A stretch of 64,000 bases of DNA from Candidatus Hodarchaeota archaeon (GTDB taxonomy: Archaea; Asgardarchaeota; Lokiarchaeia; Sigyniarchaeales; SOKP01), in assembly GCA_048886685.1 (NCBI GenBank), contig JBHLKM010000005.1:74958-138957 (forward strand), written 5' to 3'. The translations under genes and the position numbers were made by a program. Of the stretch, positions 50,924 to 60,813 are shown piece after piece. The notes under the pieces are model-generated. The model saw only the letters and a list, made by a program, of their open reading frames with translations, was not told where the DNA came from and ran no database searches. The stretch's first letter is position 1, and the number at the start of each line of letters is the position of its first letter.

Positions 50924-52465
50924 TTAAGGTTTAGGTAATTTCACTATAAAAGTCGAACCTTTATTTCGTCCACCTGATTCAACCAAAATCTTTCCATCAT
51001 GGAGTTCCACAATTTCTTTTGAAATATATAATCCAAGACCCGATCCCTCACTTTCAACATCAACACCCTTACCATAACGTTCGATTTGGCCAAACTTTTG
51101 AAATAAACTCTTCATTTCTTTTTTAGTTAACCCAATACCATTATCCTCTATAGAAATCTTTACCCAAGGATCGTTTTCATCTAGAATGATATGGATCTTG
51201 CCTTTAGGAGGAGTGTATTTAATAGCGTTTGAAAGTAGATTAGTAATTACTTGTTCAATCTTAATTCGATCAATTAATACATTCAATTCTTTAGGGTGTT
51301 CATAATCAATACTAATATCGCGTTTATCAGCCCAATATTGTAAATCGCCAATACATTCACCTATAATATTAACAATATTTTCATTTTGTAGATGTAAGTT
51401 TAATTTATTAGCTTCAATGTTTGATGCATCAAGCAGATTTTCGATTAATATCTTTAATTTTTGTCCTCCTCTATGAATCATCTCAACAAATTTTAAAGCA
51501 TCTTCTCCAATTTGTCCCTTTAAATTATTTAGAAGAAATTGAGAAGCAGCAGCTACAGAATTTAAGGGTGTTTTTAACTCATGTGAAGTTGTTGTTAGTA
51601 ATTCACTTTTAATTTGATTTATTTCTAGTAGTTTCTTATTCTCATCAATAATTAGTCTTTCTGCATTTTTGCGTTCTGTAATATCTCTTGAAATTGTAAG
51701 GACTTTTTGTTTACCCTCTTTATCAATAAACATTTTACCATTAGATTCTATAAGAATATAATGACCTAGTTTGTGTTTAATTCTTGCTTCAACAGAGCCT
51801 TCATCCTGTTCAAAACCATCTTTATATGGTTTTATAACTTTTTCACGATCATCCGGGTGTACAAATTCTATTCCATTTTTTCCAATTACTTCTTCAACAG
51901 TATAGCCTAGTAAATTCAAGAGAGGTTTTCTATTGGCATATTCAAACTGAAATTTATCGTTAAAAATTAGAATTAAATCATTAGCATTTTCCGCAATTAA
52001 ACTATGCATTTCTTCGGAATGTTTTAATTCTTTCTCGATTTTTATCTGGGCTGTAATATCTCTTATTGCTACAATAAACCTATCGTTCCCATTAGTTTTA
52101 AAATGTTTACCATTGGCTGATGCGAAAATTACATTTCCATTTTTATGTAATAACCTATATAATGGAACCGAAATCATTTTCTTAGTTTTATATGCGTTCT
52201 TTATTGCTTCTGCTATTTTTAAAACATCTTCATGATAAATATAATCAAGTGAGCTTTTGCCAACTAGTTCAGCAGGATGATAACCCATGATATCATAACA
52301 CTGAGGGCTAACATAAGTTACAATGGCTTTTAAATCAACTTCTAGTATGATGTCTGTAAGATTATTAATTAAGGTTCGATACTTTTCTTCCGATTCTTTT
52401 AACTTTTCTTCAGCTTCCTTTCGTTCATCCATTTTCATTGATTTAATTTCATCTTTTCGTGGCAT
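50924..52465 (-). CDS. Cytoplasmic PAS-PAS sensor histidine kinase
   Basis: SHELKTPL, NAIKY, DNGIG, GSGLGL; paralog of 17970..19505. Confidence 0.93.
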   Translation of the reverse strand: MPRKDEIKSMKMDERKEAEEKLKESEEKYRTLINNLTDIILEVDLKAIVTYVSPQCYDIMGYHPAELVGKSSLDYIYHEDVLKIAEAIKNAYKTKKMISVPLYRLLHKNGNVIFASANGKHFKTNGNDRFIVAIRDITAQIKIEKELKHSEEMHSLIAENANDLILIFNDKFQFEYANRKPLLNLLGYTVEEVIGKNGIEFVHPDDREKVIKPYKDGFEQDEGSVEARIKHKLGHYILIESNGKMFIDKEGKQKVLTISRDITERKNAERLIIDENKKLLEINQIKSELLTTTSHELKTPLNSVAAASQFLLNNLKGQIGEDALKFVEMIHRGGQKLKILIENLLDASNIEANKLNLHLQNENIVNIIGECIGDLQYWADKRDISIDYEHPKELNVLIDRIKIEQVITNLLSNAIKYTPPKGKIHIILDENDPWVKISIEDNGIGLTKKEMKSLFQKFGQIERYGKGVDVESEGSGLGLYISKEIVELHDGKILVESGGRNKGSTFIVKLPKP

Positions 52466-52896
52466 AAAATCACTTTTTTTTCCTAAAATAGAGATTTTCT
52501 TTTAGATTTAATTAACTATTTTCCTAGGATCTTTGATTGGTGTGGATGAGGTAATTTAGAAGCTGTTTTATATGGTTTCTAAAGAACTTTAGAATGATTG
52601 TTTTCTTATTACACTCCTACATTTTTAATAGTTTTATTCGTTTTAATCTTGATGAGAATGATATTTGTTCTATGATTTGAAACGTACTTACTTTTTTTCT
52701 AAGTCTAATTGACATTTTTTTAAGAATTTTTTCAATGGGAAAGAGGTGGGAGAGGGATTAAGGTTTTAAATCAAATAGTTATTTGGAAATACTTTGAAAT
52801 ACCACAATGTTCTGAATAGTTATTTATTTCTGTCATATCAAAAAGATTTAATTAATAATTCTAATTATAATAAAATATGCTTATAGTATAATTTTA

Positions 52897-52967
52897 GCGC
52901 TCGTAGTATAGTGGTAATATGCTAGCTTCCCAAGCCAGCGTCCCGGGTTCAATTCCCGGCGGGCGCA
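52897..52967 (+). tRNA. tRNA-Gly(CCC), intronless
   Basis: GCGCTCG/CGGGCGC acceptor, TTCCCAA anticodon loop, GGTTCAATTCC T-arm. Confidence 0.95.
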
Positions 52968-53088
52968 TTTTAAATATTAATGCTTTGAATAGAAAAAACC
53001 GAAAATTCTTGAACTAATTCTTATGTAATGGAATTAATATTGCAAAAAACAGATTTAGAATAGTGATAATTATCTTTAATCTAACCTT

Positions 53089-53352
53089 CTAGTTTCCCAG
53101 ATTGTCCAGAAATAAGTTAAGCGAAGGTGAATCGTTTTCTATTTCTTTACAAAATACAGAAATTTCACCAAATAGAGAAGCTGCTTTTTGAAAAACTCCA
53201 TTTTTCTTATATTTTTCTGCTTCTTCCATATCTAACATTAATTCTATTAACGGTTTAAATAATTCTAGAATCTCATAAACATTTTTTAAGATATTTTTTA
53301 CAAGATGAATTTTTCTATTAATCTTATCATCCATAGTTGACATACAATTCAC
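53089..53352 (-). CDS. Small hypothetical helical protein
   Basis: ORF only. Confidence 0.55.
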   Translation of the reverse strand: MNCMSTMDDKINRKIHLVKNILKNVYEILELFKPLIELMLDMEEAEKYKKNGVFQKAASLFGEISVFCKEIENDSPSLNLFLDNLGN

Positions 53353-53641
53353 AACTTATTTTTTTACTTAAATCCATTTTTGAATAATAATTATATTTTA
53401 TTTATTAAATGTTTTCGTTTTTATTTTGCTAATATTGTGTTTGTATACAAAAAGATCTTACAATTTAAGTTGAAATTATATTTGTGGGAAAATTCTCAAT
53501 CAAAACATATTTTTGAGGTATTTTATTGAAAAAGAAATATTTCAATTTTTTACATATTTCTATGAATTTATCACATTAAAGGAACTCTACATTCATTTGG
53601 GGGAAAAATGATGAATAAAAAGAGGAATATTTATGTAAAGA

Positions 53642-54310
53642 TTAGTTTAATTTTTCTACCTTTCGTATTAAATCTCTAAGATGTAAATTTCCCATCCCGA
53701 ATTTTACCCGAAATGAAAACATCAAAACCAAATTGAATTTTATGCCATTTATCTCCATAAATTTAGAAATGAATTTCTCACTGTTTTCCAATTCCAAATA
53801 CATTTTCTTCACACTCACTAAGTTCCTTTCACTTCTAACCTCAAATTCTTTCATCGTGTTAAATAAAGTGTTTTGAGGTAATGAAGAATACAAGACTTTC
53901 CCTTCTTCATTGAATATGCCACTACCGATTATCTCTTTATCATCAACACAATCTCTTAATAGTTGAATGATGTTTTGAAATATCGCCATAGATGTGAAAT
54001 CATTTTCTTCGATATCAGTATCTTCCTTTTTTTCTAATACATTTACGCTGCTCTCATAAAGTTCCATTTTTGAAAATTCGAAATCTACTGTTTGATAACC
54101 TCTGACGACAAAATTTTTATCAACAAAAGCCTGAAAACTATGTTCACAATTCAATCCTGAAGGTATTGATACAGTAGTTAATTGTTTACTTTGGTTTATA
54201 ATTTTACCCGGTAACCTCAATTTTCGACTTTCTTTACAAATGGGGCATCTTGTAAGGATTTCTTCAAAAAATCTGTCAGAATTAGTTCTTATTCCATTTG
54301 GTAATGTCAT
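53642..54310 (-). CDS. Zinc-ribbon plus roadblock/profilin-like fold protein (Lokiarchaeia family)
   Basis: CPIC...CEHSFQAFVDKNFVVRGYQ; IIGSGIFNEEGKVLYSSLP. Confidence 0.65.
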   Translation of the reverse strand: MTLPNGIRTNSDRFFEEILTRCPICKESRKLRLPGKIINQSKQLTTVSIPSGLNCEHSFQAFVDKNFVVRGYQTVDFEFSKMELYESSVNVLEKKEDTDIEENDFTSMAIFQNIIQLLRDCVDDKEIIGSGIFNEEGKVLYSSLPQNTLFNTMKEFEVRSERNLVSVKKMYLELENSEKFISKFMEINGIKFNLVLMFSFRVKFGMGNLHLRDLIRKVEKLN

Positions 54311-54778
54311 TATTAGGTCCTTTCCTTATTTATTAAAGATATAACAGATTTAGGGATTTTAAGTTTGAAAATCCTAATGATTAAAAATCTCTTTTGTGTT
54401 CAAAATTAACTTTATTATGTAATCTTTTTTAGTAATTTAAATTTTTGTCTTAACAATCACATACGAATGGTAGTAATTAGTAATTTATATATAAATAATG
54501 TGCTCAAAAATTTAAAACGATCAAAAGCACGAAATAGTCTTACAACAAAAAGATTTAAATACAGATTCTATTATAATTCTTCTACTATACCAAGTATAAA
54601 GACACAAAAAAATAGAAAATTTACCACAAATAATCATTCAAAAGGAATATAAAAATGAAATTTTTAAAAAAAATACAGAAAAATGTCAGGGTGGTTTGAA
54701 TTCCACTCATCTTTTTTATTATTTTGTGTTGGTAGGAAATAGAAGTGAGAAAAGTTAGCAATATAGACAAGTTTAGGA

Positions 54779-55600
54779 ATGAAGTTAATGATAATCATGG
54801 AAAATTATCAAAATTCTAAGGAAAACCCGCTAGCAATGGAAATACTAGGAATTGGTTTAGTTAAAATTTCACAAATAAATATAGCAGCTAAATTTGATGT
54901 ACTCTTCCAGAAAGGAATAGGAGTACCACTTATTCAAAATGTTATTGAATTATATAAAAAAGAAATTATTCATAAAAAGAAGGGAAATTCAATAATTCCC
55001 TTAGAAAAGTTCACAATTTTTATTCACTATTTTGAAAATCACAATCATGATATATTAGTTATAATTTATATGGAAGAGAAAGATAGTTCAGTAAATTTTT
55101 CTAAATTATATTTTTTATCCAGAAATATAAATAGGAAATTTCAGTTAAATGAACCAGTATCAAGAATAATAGATGAATTTGATACAGCTGTGGAAATTCC
55201 CAGAACAGATGGGATCATAGCGATTTTTGTTATAGGTTCAGCAGGAAGTCCATACATATCTAAAATTAATAAGGGTAGATCTGAAATTGCAGATCATGAA
55301 GTTCACATAGGGGGCTTCATTTCCGCCTTATTATCATTTTCAAACACTATTATTGGAGAAGAAACAGGAGCTAAATTAAAAGAAATTAACTTTGGTAATC
55401 AACAATTCTATGTTATATCGAAGAGCAATGTGATATTTGCTTTTTTGGTAGAAAATATGAACTCATTAATTCAAAGATACATGTATTTACTTGCTGATGA
55501 ATTCCTCTACCAATTTAAAAATCTTATAAAAGATTTTAACGGGGATATAACCCCATTCAACTGTTTTGAAGAAAAAATAAATCAATATTTTATAATATAA
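54779..55600 (+). CDS. Longin-like domain protein (possibly tandem), first gene of the che cluster
   Basis: IIAIFVIGSAG, GGFISALLSFS, LKEINFG, FNGDITPF. Confidence 0.65.
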   Translation: MKLMIIMENYQNSKENPLAMEILGIGLVKISQINIAAKFDVLFQKGIGVPLIQNVIELYKKEIIHKKKGNSIIPLEKFTIFIHYFENHNHDILVIIYMEEKDSSVNFSKLYFLSRNINRKFQLNEPVSRIIDEFDTAVEIPRTDGIIAIFVIGSAGSPYISKINKGRSEIADHEVHIGGFISALLSFSNTIIGEETGAKLKEINFGNQQFYVISKSNVIFAFLVENMNSLIQRYMYLLADEFLYQFKNLIKDFNGDITPFNCFEEKINQYFII

Positions 55601-55618
55601 AAACGAGGTATAAAGAAA

Positions 55619-56155
55619 ATGATTCAAGACCAGGAATATAAAGGTATAAACCAAGTTTCCATCCTTATATTTCAAATTGGATGGGAGCAGTTCGTTATTG
55701 ACCTTCTTGATGTTAAAGAAATAATTCAAGCAGGGCAAATAAGAAAATTGCCAAAAAGCTTAGATTACATAGATGGAATTTATAATTACAGAGGAGAGAT
55801 AATACACGTTGTTAATTTAAAAAAAAAGTTAAACCTGAATGAGTATATGCTATATCGTTCTAAATACTCCTCTACAGAAGAAGAAAATTATAGTAACACA
55901 AAGAGATACATAATTATTTTAAAAGTGGATAATAACCTTATTGGATTTTATGTTGATCGCATTGTAAACATCGATCACATCGACATCAACGAAATTGTAG
56001 AACTTAGTCCTATTTTTCAAACAAGTGTAGCTATGGAATACATTAAAGGAGTTATAAATTTTAAGGAAAGACCAAGAATTATGCTTGATTTAGGCAAGAT
56101 TCTTAACGAAGTTGAGAAATTTAAAATCCAACAAGATCTGTCATCTTTGACATAA
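55619..56155 (+). CDS. cheW: Chemotaxis coupling protein CheW
   Basis: VKEII, LPKS..YIDGIYNYRGEIIHVVNL, GFYVD, YIKGV. Confidence 0.92.
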   Translation: MIQDQEYKGINQVSILIFQIGWEQFVIDLLDVKEIIQAGQIRKLPKSLDYIDGIYNYRGEIIHVVNLKKKLNLNEYMLYRSKYSSTEEENYSNTKRYIIILKVDNNLIGFYVDRIVNIDHIDINEIVELSPIFQTSVAMEYIKGVINFKERPRIMLDLGKILNEVEKFKIQQDLSSLT

Positions 56156-56189
56156 AAATAAATTTAAAATAAAAAATGGAGTTGATTAA

Positions 56190-56585
56190 ATGACAAACGA
56201 AAAGAAAAAGGTTTTGATTGTGGATGACGCCCAATTTACTCGGAACATGCTAAAAAGTATCATTAGTAAGATTCAACTAATCGAAGTTATTGGTGAAGCT
56301 GCTAATGGTGTTGAAGCTATCGCCTTGTATAAAAAATTAAATCCTGATTTGGTTACTATGGATTTAGTTATGCCAGAAAAAGGGGGTATTGAAGCAACAG
56401 AAGAGATCTTAAAAATTAATCCGAAAGCGTTAATCGTTGTTGTATCAGCGTTGGGACAAGAAGCTCTAGTCCTTGAAGCAGCAAAGAAGGGAGCAAAAGA
56501 TTTTATACAAAAACCTTTCAAGACTGAACAAATACTTGAGGTAATGGATCGCATACTAAAAAATAAGAAAGAAGTTAAAAATTAA
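56190..56585 (+). CDS. cheY: Chemotaxis response regulator CheY
   Basis: VDDAQFTR, TMDLVMP, VSALGQ, QKPF (Firmicutes/archaeal type). Confidence 0.93.
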   Translation: MTNEKKKVLIVDDAQFTRNMLKSIISKIQLIEVIGEAANGVEAIALYKKLNPDLVTMDLVMPEKGGIEATEEILKINPKALIVVVSALGQEALVLEAAKKGAKDFIQKPFKTEQILEVMDRILKNKKEVKN

Positions 56586-56613
56586 ATTGTAAATTAAATA
56601 ATAGGGTGATTAA

Positions 56614-58698
56614 GTGGCAACTAACGACGATATTAAGCTTTTCATTAGTGAAGCAGAAGATCTTATTCAGAAGACTGAGGATGAGATTCTAAAACTAGAA
56701 GAGAATCCAAAAAATCCTAAACCAATTCAGGAACTTTTTTTTACATTTCACACACTTAAGGGCCTTACAGCCATGGCTGGATTTGAAAACCTTTCAAAAT
56801 TTTGTCATCACTTTGAAACCTTTTTAGAAAATACTAAAGATAAAGAGGTATCAACGAAAAAGCGAACAGATTTTATTGATATGTTATTTGAAAGTTTAGA
56901 TGTACTTCGTAATGTCTTAAAAAAAGTAAAAAAGGGAGATTTATCAGATATTGATGCCAAATTTGTAGAAGAGATAAAAGGAAGTTTTGATAATTTTGAA
57001 GCAGAATACGATATAACTTTTATCCAACCAATTTCTACAGATGAAATTACGAAAATTTTAAATGACACGCAGAAAAAACCTTATAAGATATATATCCGTT
57101 TAGAAGATACATGCGTTTTCAAAAAAGTAAGATTGTTTATCATCTTTCGAGCATTAAATGGAATTGGACGGATTTGTTGGACAAATCCTGCTCCAGAATC
57201 TTTAGAGAAAGCAATTTTAAAGAATGAATTTGAAATCTTTTATATCAGTCAAAAAAATAAAACTGAAATTTCTCATGTTTTAGACGAAATATTAGAGATT
57301 GAAAATATTGTTATTTCAACTTTAAAACCTAAAGAATTTCATGATATAATAGCAAATCTTAAGGAAAAATGGGAGAATGAACAATCAGTACCAGCAGACC
57401 ATGAAATTGAGGAGGAAAGCATCTATGAAGAGGAAGTAATAGATGAAGAACTTGAACGAGTTAGTAATATTTTAGAGGATTACTCAGACGATAGCATTAA
57501 AATTACTAGTGTAAAGGTAAATATAGAAAATTTAGAGGAATTAATGAATTATTTTGGAGAACTAGTTATAATGAAGAATCACATCAGCCAACTTCTAAAA
57601 GATAAACAAGATAGAGCCATAAATAGACTATTTGATAAAATGGACAAACCCTTTTTGGATATCCAAGAGATACTTTTTAAATTAAAGCTAATAAGAGTTG
57701 AATCAACTTTTCGAAAGTATAAAAGACTTGTTCGAGATGTAGCAAATGAAACAAGTAAAAAATTAAGATTAATTTTACAAGGGACAAATGTAGAGATTGA
57801 CCGAAAGATATTGGAAGAACTAAATTCTCCTTTAGTTCATCTCATACGAAATGCTATATATCATGGAATTGAATTACCAGCTGAAAGAAAAAAAAAGGGT
57901 AAGACCGATCTAGGAATTTTAAGGTTAAAAACATATAGAAAAGCAGGTTCTATTTATATTGAGATACAAGATGATGGGGCAGGTTTAGATTATGTCAAAA
58001 TCAAAGAGAAAATTGTTGCAAAAGGTTATTATGATCGTGAAGAAGTTAAAGAATTAACTGACGAAATCCTAAATAAATTTATTCTAATGCCAGGATTTTC
58101 GACTTTATCTGATGCTGACATAATTTCAGGAAGAGGAATGGGGCTAGCTATAGTTGCTGAGAAGATAAAAGAACTAGGAGGGGATTTTCTTATTGAATCG
58201 CAAAAAGATATTGGAACTAGATTTACTTTGGTAGTACCTTTTACACGGGCAATACTGAGGGCACAATTATTACAAGTTTCAAAGGATTTATTCGCAATCC
58301 CCACTGAGAATATTAAGCAAATTTATTTCTTCGATCAGAATAAGGTAGAATATATAGAAGGTAAGCAATATTATAAGATAGATTCGAGATTAATACCCGT
58401 CATCCATTTAGACCAGCACTTACGAATGGTAGACCTAATTGAAACAAACTCACATAAAAAAATAGCTGTTTGGTGTCAAAAAGATGAGGAAAATTCTGCT
58501 ATACTAGTTGCGGATAAACAACTTCAACAATTAGATGTGGTTGTAAAACCCTTTACATCCAGCTATTCTGATTCTCGTGATATTTTAGGATCTACAATTA
58601 CAGGAGAGGGTTCGATTTGTCTCATTCTAGATGCTTTGAGTATCATATCAAGACAGTCATCTGAATATGAAGTATCTTTAATAAATAAATTAAATTAA
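56614..58698 (+). CDS. cheA: Chemotaxis histidine kinase CheA
   Basis: HPt FHTLKG, P2, dimerisation domain, HLIRNAIYHG, DDGAG, PGFST, SGRGMG, C-terminal CheW-like P5. Confidence 0.95.
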   Translation: MATNDDIKLFISEAEDLIQKTEDEILKLEENPKNPKPIQELFFTFHTLKGLTAMAGFENLSKFCHHFETFLENTKDKEVSTKKRTDFIDMLFESLDVLRNVLKKVKKGDLSDIDAKFVEEIKGSFDNFEAEYDITFIQPISTDEITKILNDTQKKPYKIYIRLEDTCVFKKVRLFIIFRALNGIGRICWTNPAPESLEKAILKNEFEIFYISQKNKTEISHVLDEILEIENIVISTLKPKEFHDIIANLKEKWENEQSVPADHEIEEESIYEEEVIDEELERVSNILEDYSDDSIKITSVKVNIENLEELMNYFGELVIMKNHISQLLKDKQDRAINRLFDKMDKPFLDIQEILFKLKLIRVESTFRKYKRLVRDVANETSKKLRLILQGTNVEIDRKILEELNSPLVHLIRNAIYHGIELPAERKKKGKTDLGILRLKTYRKAGSIYIEIQDDGAGLDYVKIKEKIVAKGYYDREEVKELTDEILNKFILMPGFSTLSDADIISGRGMGLAIVAEKIKELGGDFLIESQKDIGTRFTLVVPFTRAILRAQLLQVSKDLFAIPTENIKQIYFFDQNKVEYIEGKQYYKIDSRLIPVIHLDQHLRMVDLIETNSHKKIAVWCQKDEENSAILVADKQLQQLDVVVKPFTSSYSDSRDILGSTITGEGSICLILDALSIISRQSSEYEVSLINKLN

Positions 58699-58759
58699 AT
58701 TTTTTTTAAAAACAAATAATAAGTTTCACTGAATTAATAAAAATTTGGAGGAAAAAGAA

Positions 58760-60769
58760 ATGGGTTTTAAGAAAGTTAGTCAAGACGAATTAAAGACAAA
58801 TAGTGGTCCAGGATTTCTCGGTATGCCTATAAGAGAAGTAGGAAAAATTGTACAAACTAAAAAAAGAGAGAAAAAAATAGATTCAAATTCACTTGGCTCA
58901 ATCTCAGAGATACTGATTCTAAATGAAGAATTTTTAGAATATAAATATCAAAACACTGGGAAAAGGAACGCTTTAGCGGGTAATGGAAATATAGTAGTTT
59001 TCAACAACTCACTTAAAGATAGAATATGGGATGCTTTTTTAAAATTTACAGGAACTCAATTTGATAATCAAGATTCAGAAAAAGGTATGCATTTGGGAAT
59101 TTTTGAACCTAATTCAAACAAAATTTTGAAATATGAAATTGTTAATTCAGAAATATTACCAGATTTAGTGTCTGTAAATGAAAGCATAGAAAATCTGAGC
59201 CAAGATATTAAAAATGTAGGAAATGACTATAATGACGAAGAAGACAAAATAAGTAATAACCAAAAAAATCATATGTTGTTATTAGGAAAAGAAAATAAAG
59301 TAAAGTTTTCTATACTTGTAGAAAATAAATCTTCTTCTGTCTTAGAAAATATTAGACTTAAAAAACAATTCTCAAATAATTTCTATGATATAGACTTTAA
59401 AGGTTCAGTAAGTAAAAACATTGAAATCACTAGTAATTACATTGAATGTCCTATTAAGAATCTAAATCCAGGAGAGAAAATTGAAGTGATTCTTCATGCA
59501 AATATATTTCCAAAAAGGAAAGAAAATATTAGTACTGGAAGAATAGAGGTTTCATTTAATTTAAAGAATCAAATCATCTCAGAAGTGGAAATCAACCATT
59601 TCTCTGCATATTCTCATGCTATGCATGCTATTCGAAAAGTAGAGAAAGATCATGCTCCAAATCACTGGGATTGTTCTTTAATATTCGGAAATCGTAGTGA
59701 TTTCAAGATGAAATTAAACTCAATCTTGATTTTAGATAAATCTAAAAAGAATAAAATATTAGAACTTGATTTTAGTGACAAAATGGTAATAACAGTCCCA
59801 GGAGAGAGCTATAAAACGGAACATTTTGATTATCAAGATGAAAAAGAACCAACCTTTTCAAGAAAAGTAGATTATTCTGTCGATTATAAAGTTGAGAAAA
59901 ATTCTATGATTACAGTTCAAGTTGAAAATAGTTTATTTAAAGTAGCTAATGCATTGATCAAAAAGAAAATTGAAGAGCAGGAAATTAAGTCATTTGAAGA
60001 ATCAAAAGTTAACACTGAATTTATTGTGAGGAATCGAGGGACTATGCCAATAAAAGGGATTATAGCTCAAGAAAAAATACCTCAAGACTTTTTACCACCT
60101 AGGGATGTCTCAAATTTTCAATTTTTAAATTCTGCAGGAGAATTAAAACTTGATGATATAGCTTTAAAAATTAGTCCTGATGATGACGATCCAACACACG
60201 AACACGTTTTAGAATTGAATGTTAACTTAGAAACTAATCATAGAAGTAATTTAATAGGAGTAGATGACTTTTTAGAGGTTAAATACCCTTTAACTGCCGT
60301 AACTCCTAATTATGAAAAAGATTATGACTTTCTATTGGAGATACAATCCTATTATTCAAAATTCTTAGAGTCTGAACAAAATGAATATTATGTAATCACA
60401 GATAATATCTCTGGTATGGATAAATCCGCGTTACAAATTACTCACAAACGTCGTAAATTAATGATAGGAAAAGAAATCTTTCCTGGAAGGGACAGCAATG
60501 AATTTGCTATTTATATAACTGCAAAAAATGGTTCAAACATAAAATTATCAGATGTAAATGTTACTGACACATTCCCAGATTCGTTTGAATTAGTTTCTGC
60601 AAATATTGACCACAAACTTAGCAAAGTTGATAAGTCGGGTGAACGTAAAATATCTTTCAATTTAGATCTTTTACAACCATATCAAGAGAGAGAAATAATG
60701 TACTATTTAAAAAACATTACAGGAAAAGAGATTAAATTTTCAGAATTAGAATCATTTTTTATTGGTTAA
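58760..60769 (+). CDS. Uncharacterised beta-rich protein with DUF11/Ig-like repeats, no signal peptide or TM
   Basis: VRNRGTMPIKGIIAQEKIPQDF and AKNGSNIKLSDVNVTDTFPDSFELV; GGAGG upstream of ATG at 58760. Confidence 0.6.
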   Translation: MGFKKVSQDELKTNSGPGFLGMPIREVGKIVQTKKREKKIDSNSLGSISEILILNEEFLEYKYQNTGKRNALAGNGNIVVFNNSLKDRIWDAFLKFTGTQFDNQDSEKGMHLGIFEPNSNKILKYEIVNSEILPDLVSVNESIENLSQDIKNVGNDYNDEEDKISNNQKNHMLLLGKENKVKFSILVENKSSSVLENIRLKKQFSNNFYDIDFKGSVSKNIEITSNYIECPIKNLNPGEKIEVILHANIFPKRKENISTGRIEVSFNLKNQIISEVEINHFSAYSHAMHAIRKVEKDHAPNHWDCSLIFGNRSDFKMKLNSILILDKSKKNKILELDFSDKMVITVPGESYKTEHFDYQDEKEPTFSRKVDYSVDYKVEKNSMITVQVENSLFKVANALIKKKIEEQEIKSFEESKVNTEFIVRNRGTMPIKGIIAQEKIPQDFLPPRDVSNFQFLNSAGELKLDDIALKISPDDDDPTHEHVLELNVNLETNHRSNLIGVDDFLEVKYPLTAVTPNYEKDYDFLLEIQSYYSKFLESEQNEYYVITDNISGMDKSALQITHKRRKLMIGKEIFPGRDSNEFAIYITAKNGSNIKLSDVNVTDTFPDSFELVSANIDHKLSKVDKSGERKISFNLDLLQPYQEREIMYYLKNITGKEIKFSELESFFIG

Positions 60770-60813
60770 ATCAAATTATTTAAAAAAAAAGAAGAAAAAC
60801 TGGAGGAAAAATA

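Noticed and set aside
54467-54652. 61-aa ORF upstream of the che operon
   Set aside because: Low-complexity AT-rich intergenic frame with no recognisable features.
52897-54717. tRNA-Gly as integration site of a che genomic island
   Set aside because: No integrase and no duplicated tRNA 3' end in the window. The hairpin at 54689 only superficially resembles a T-arm.
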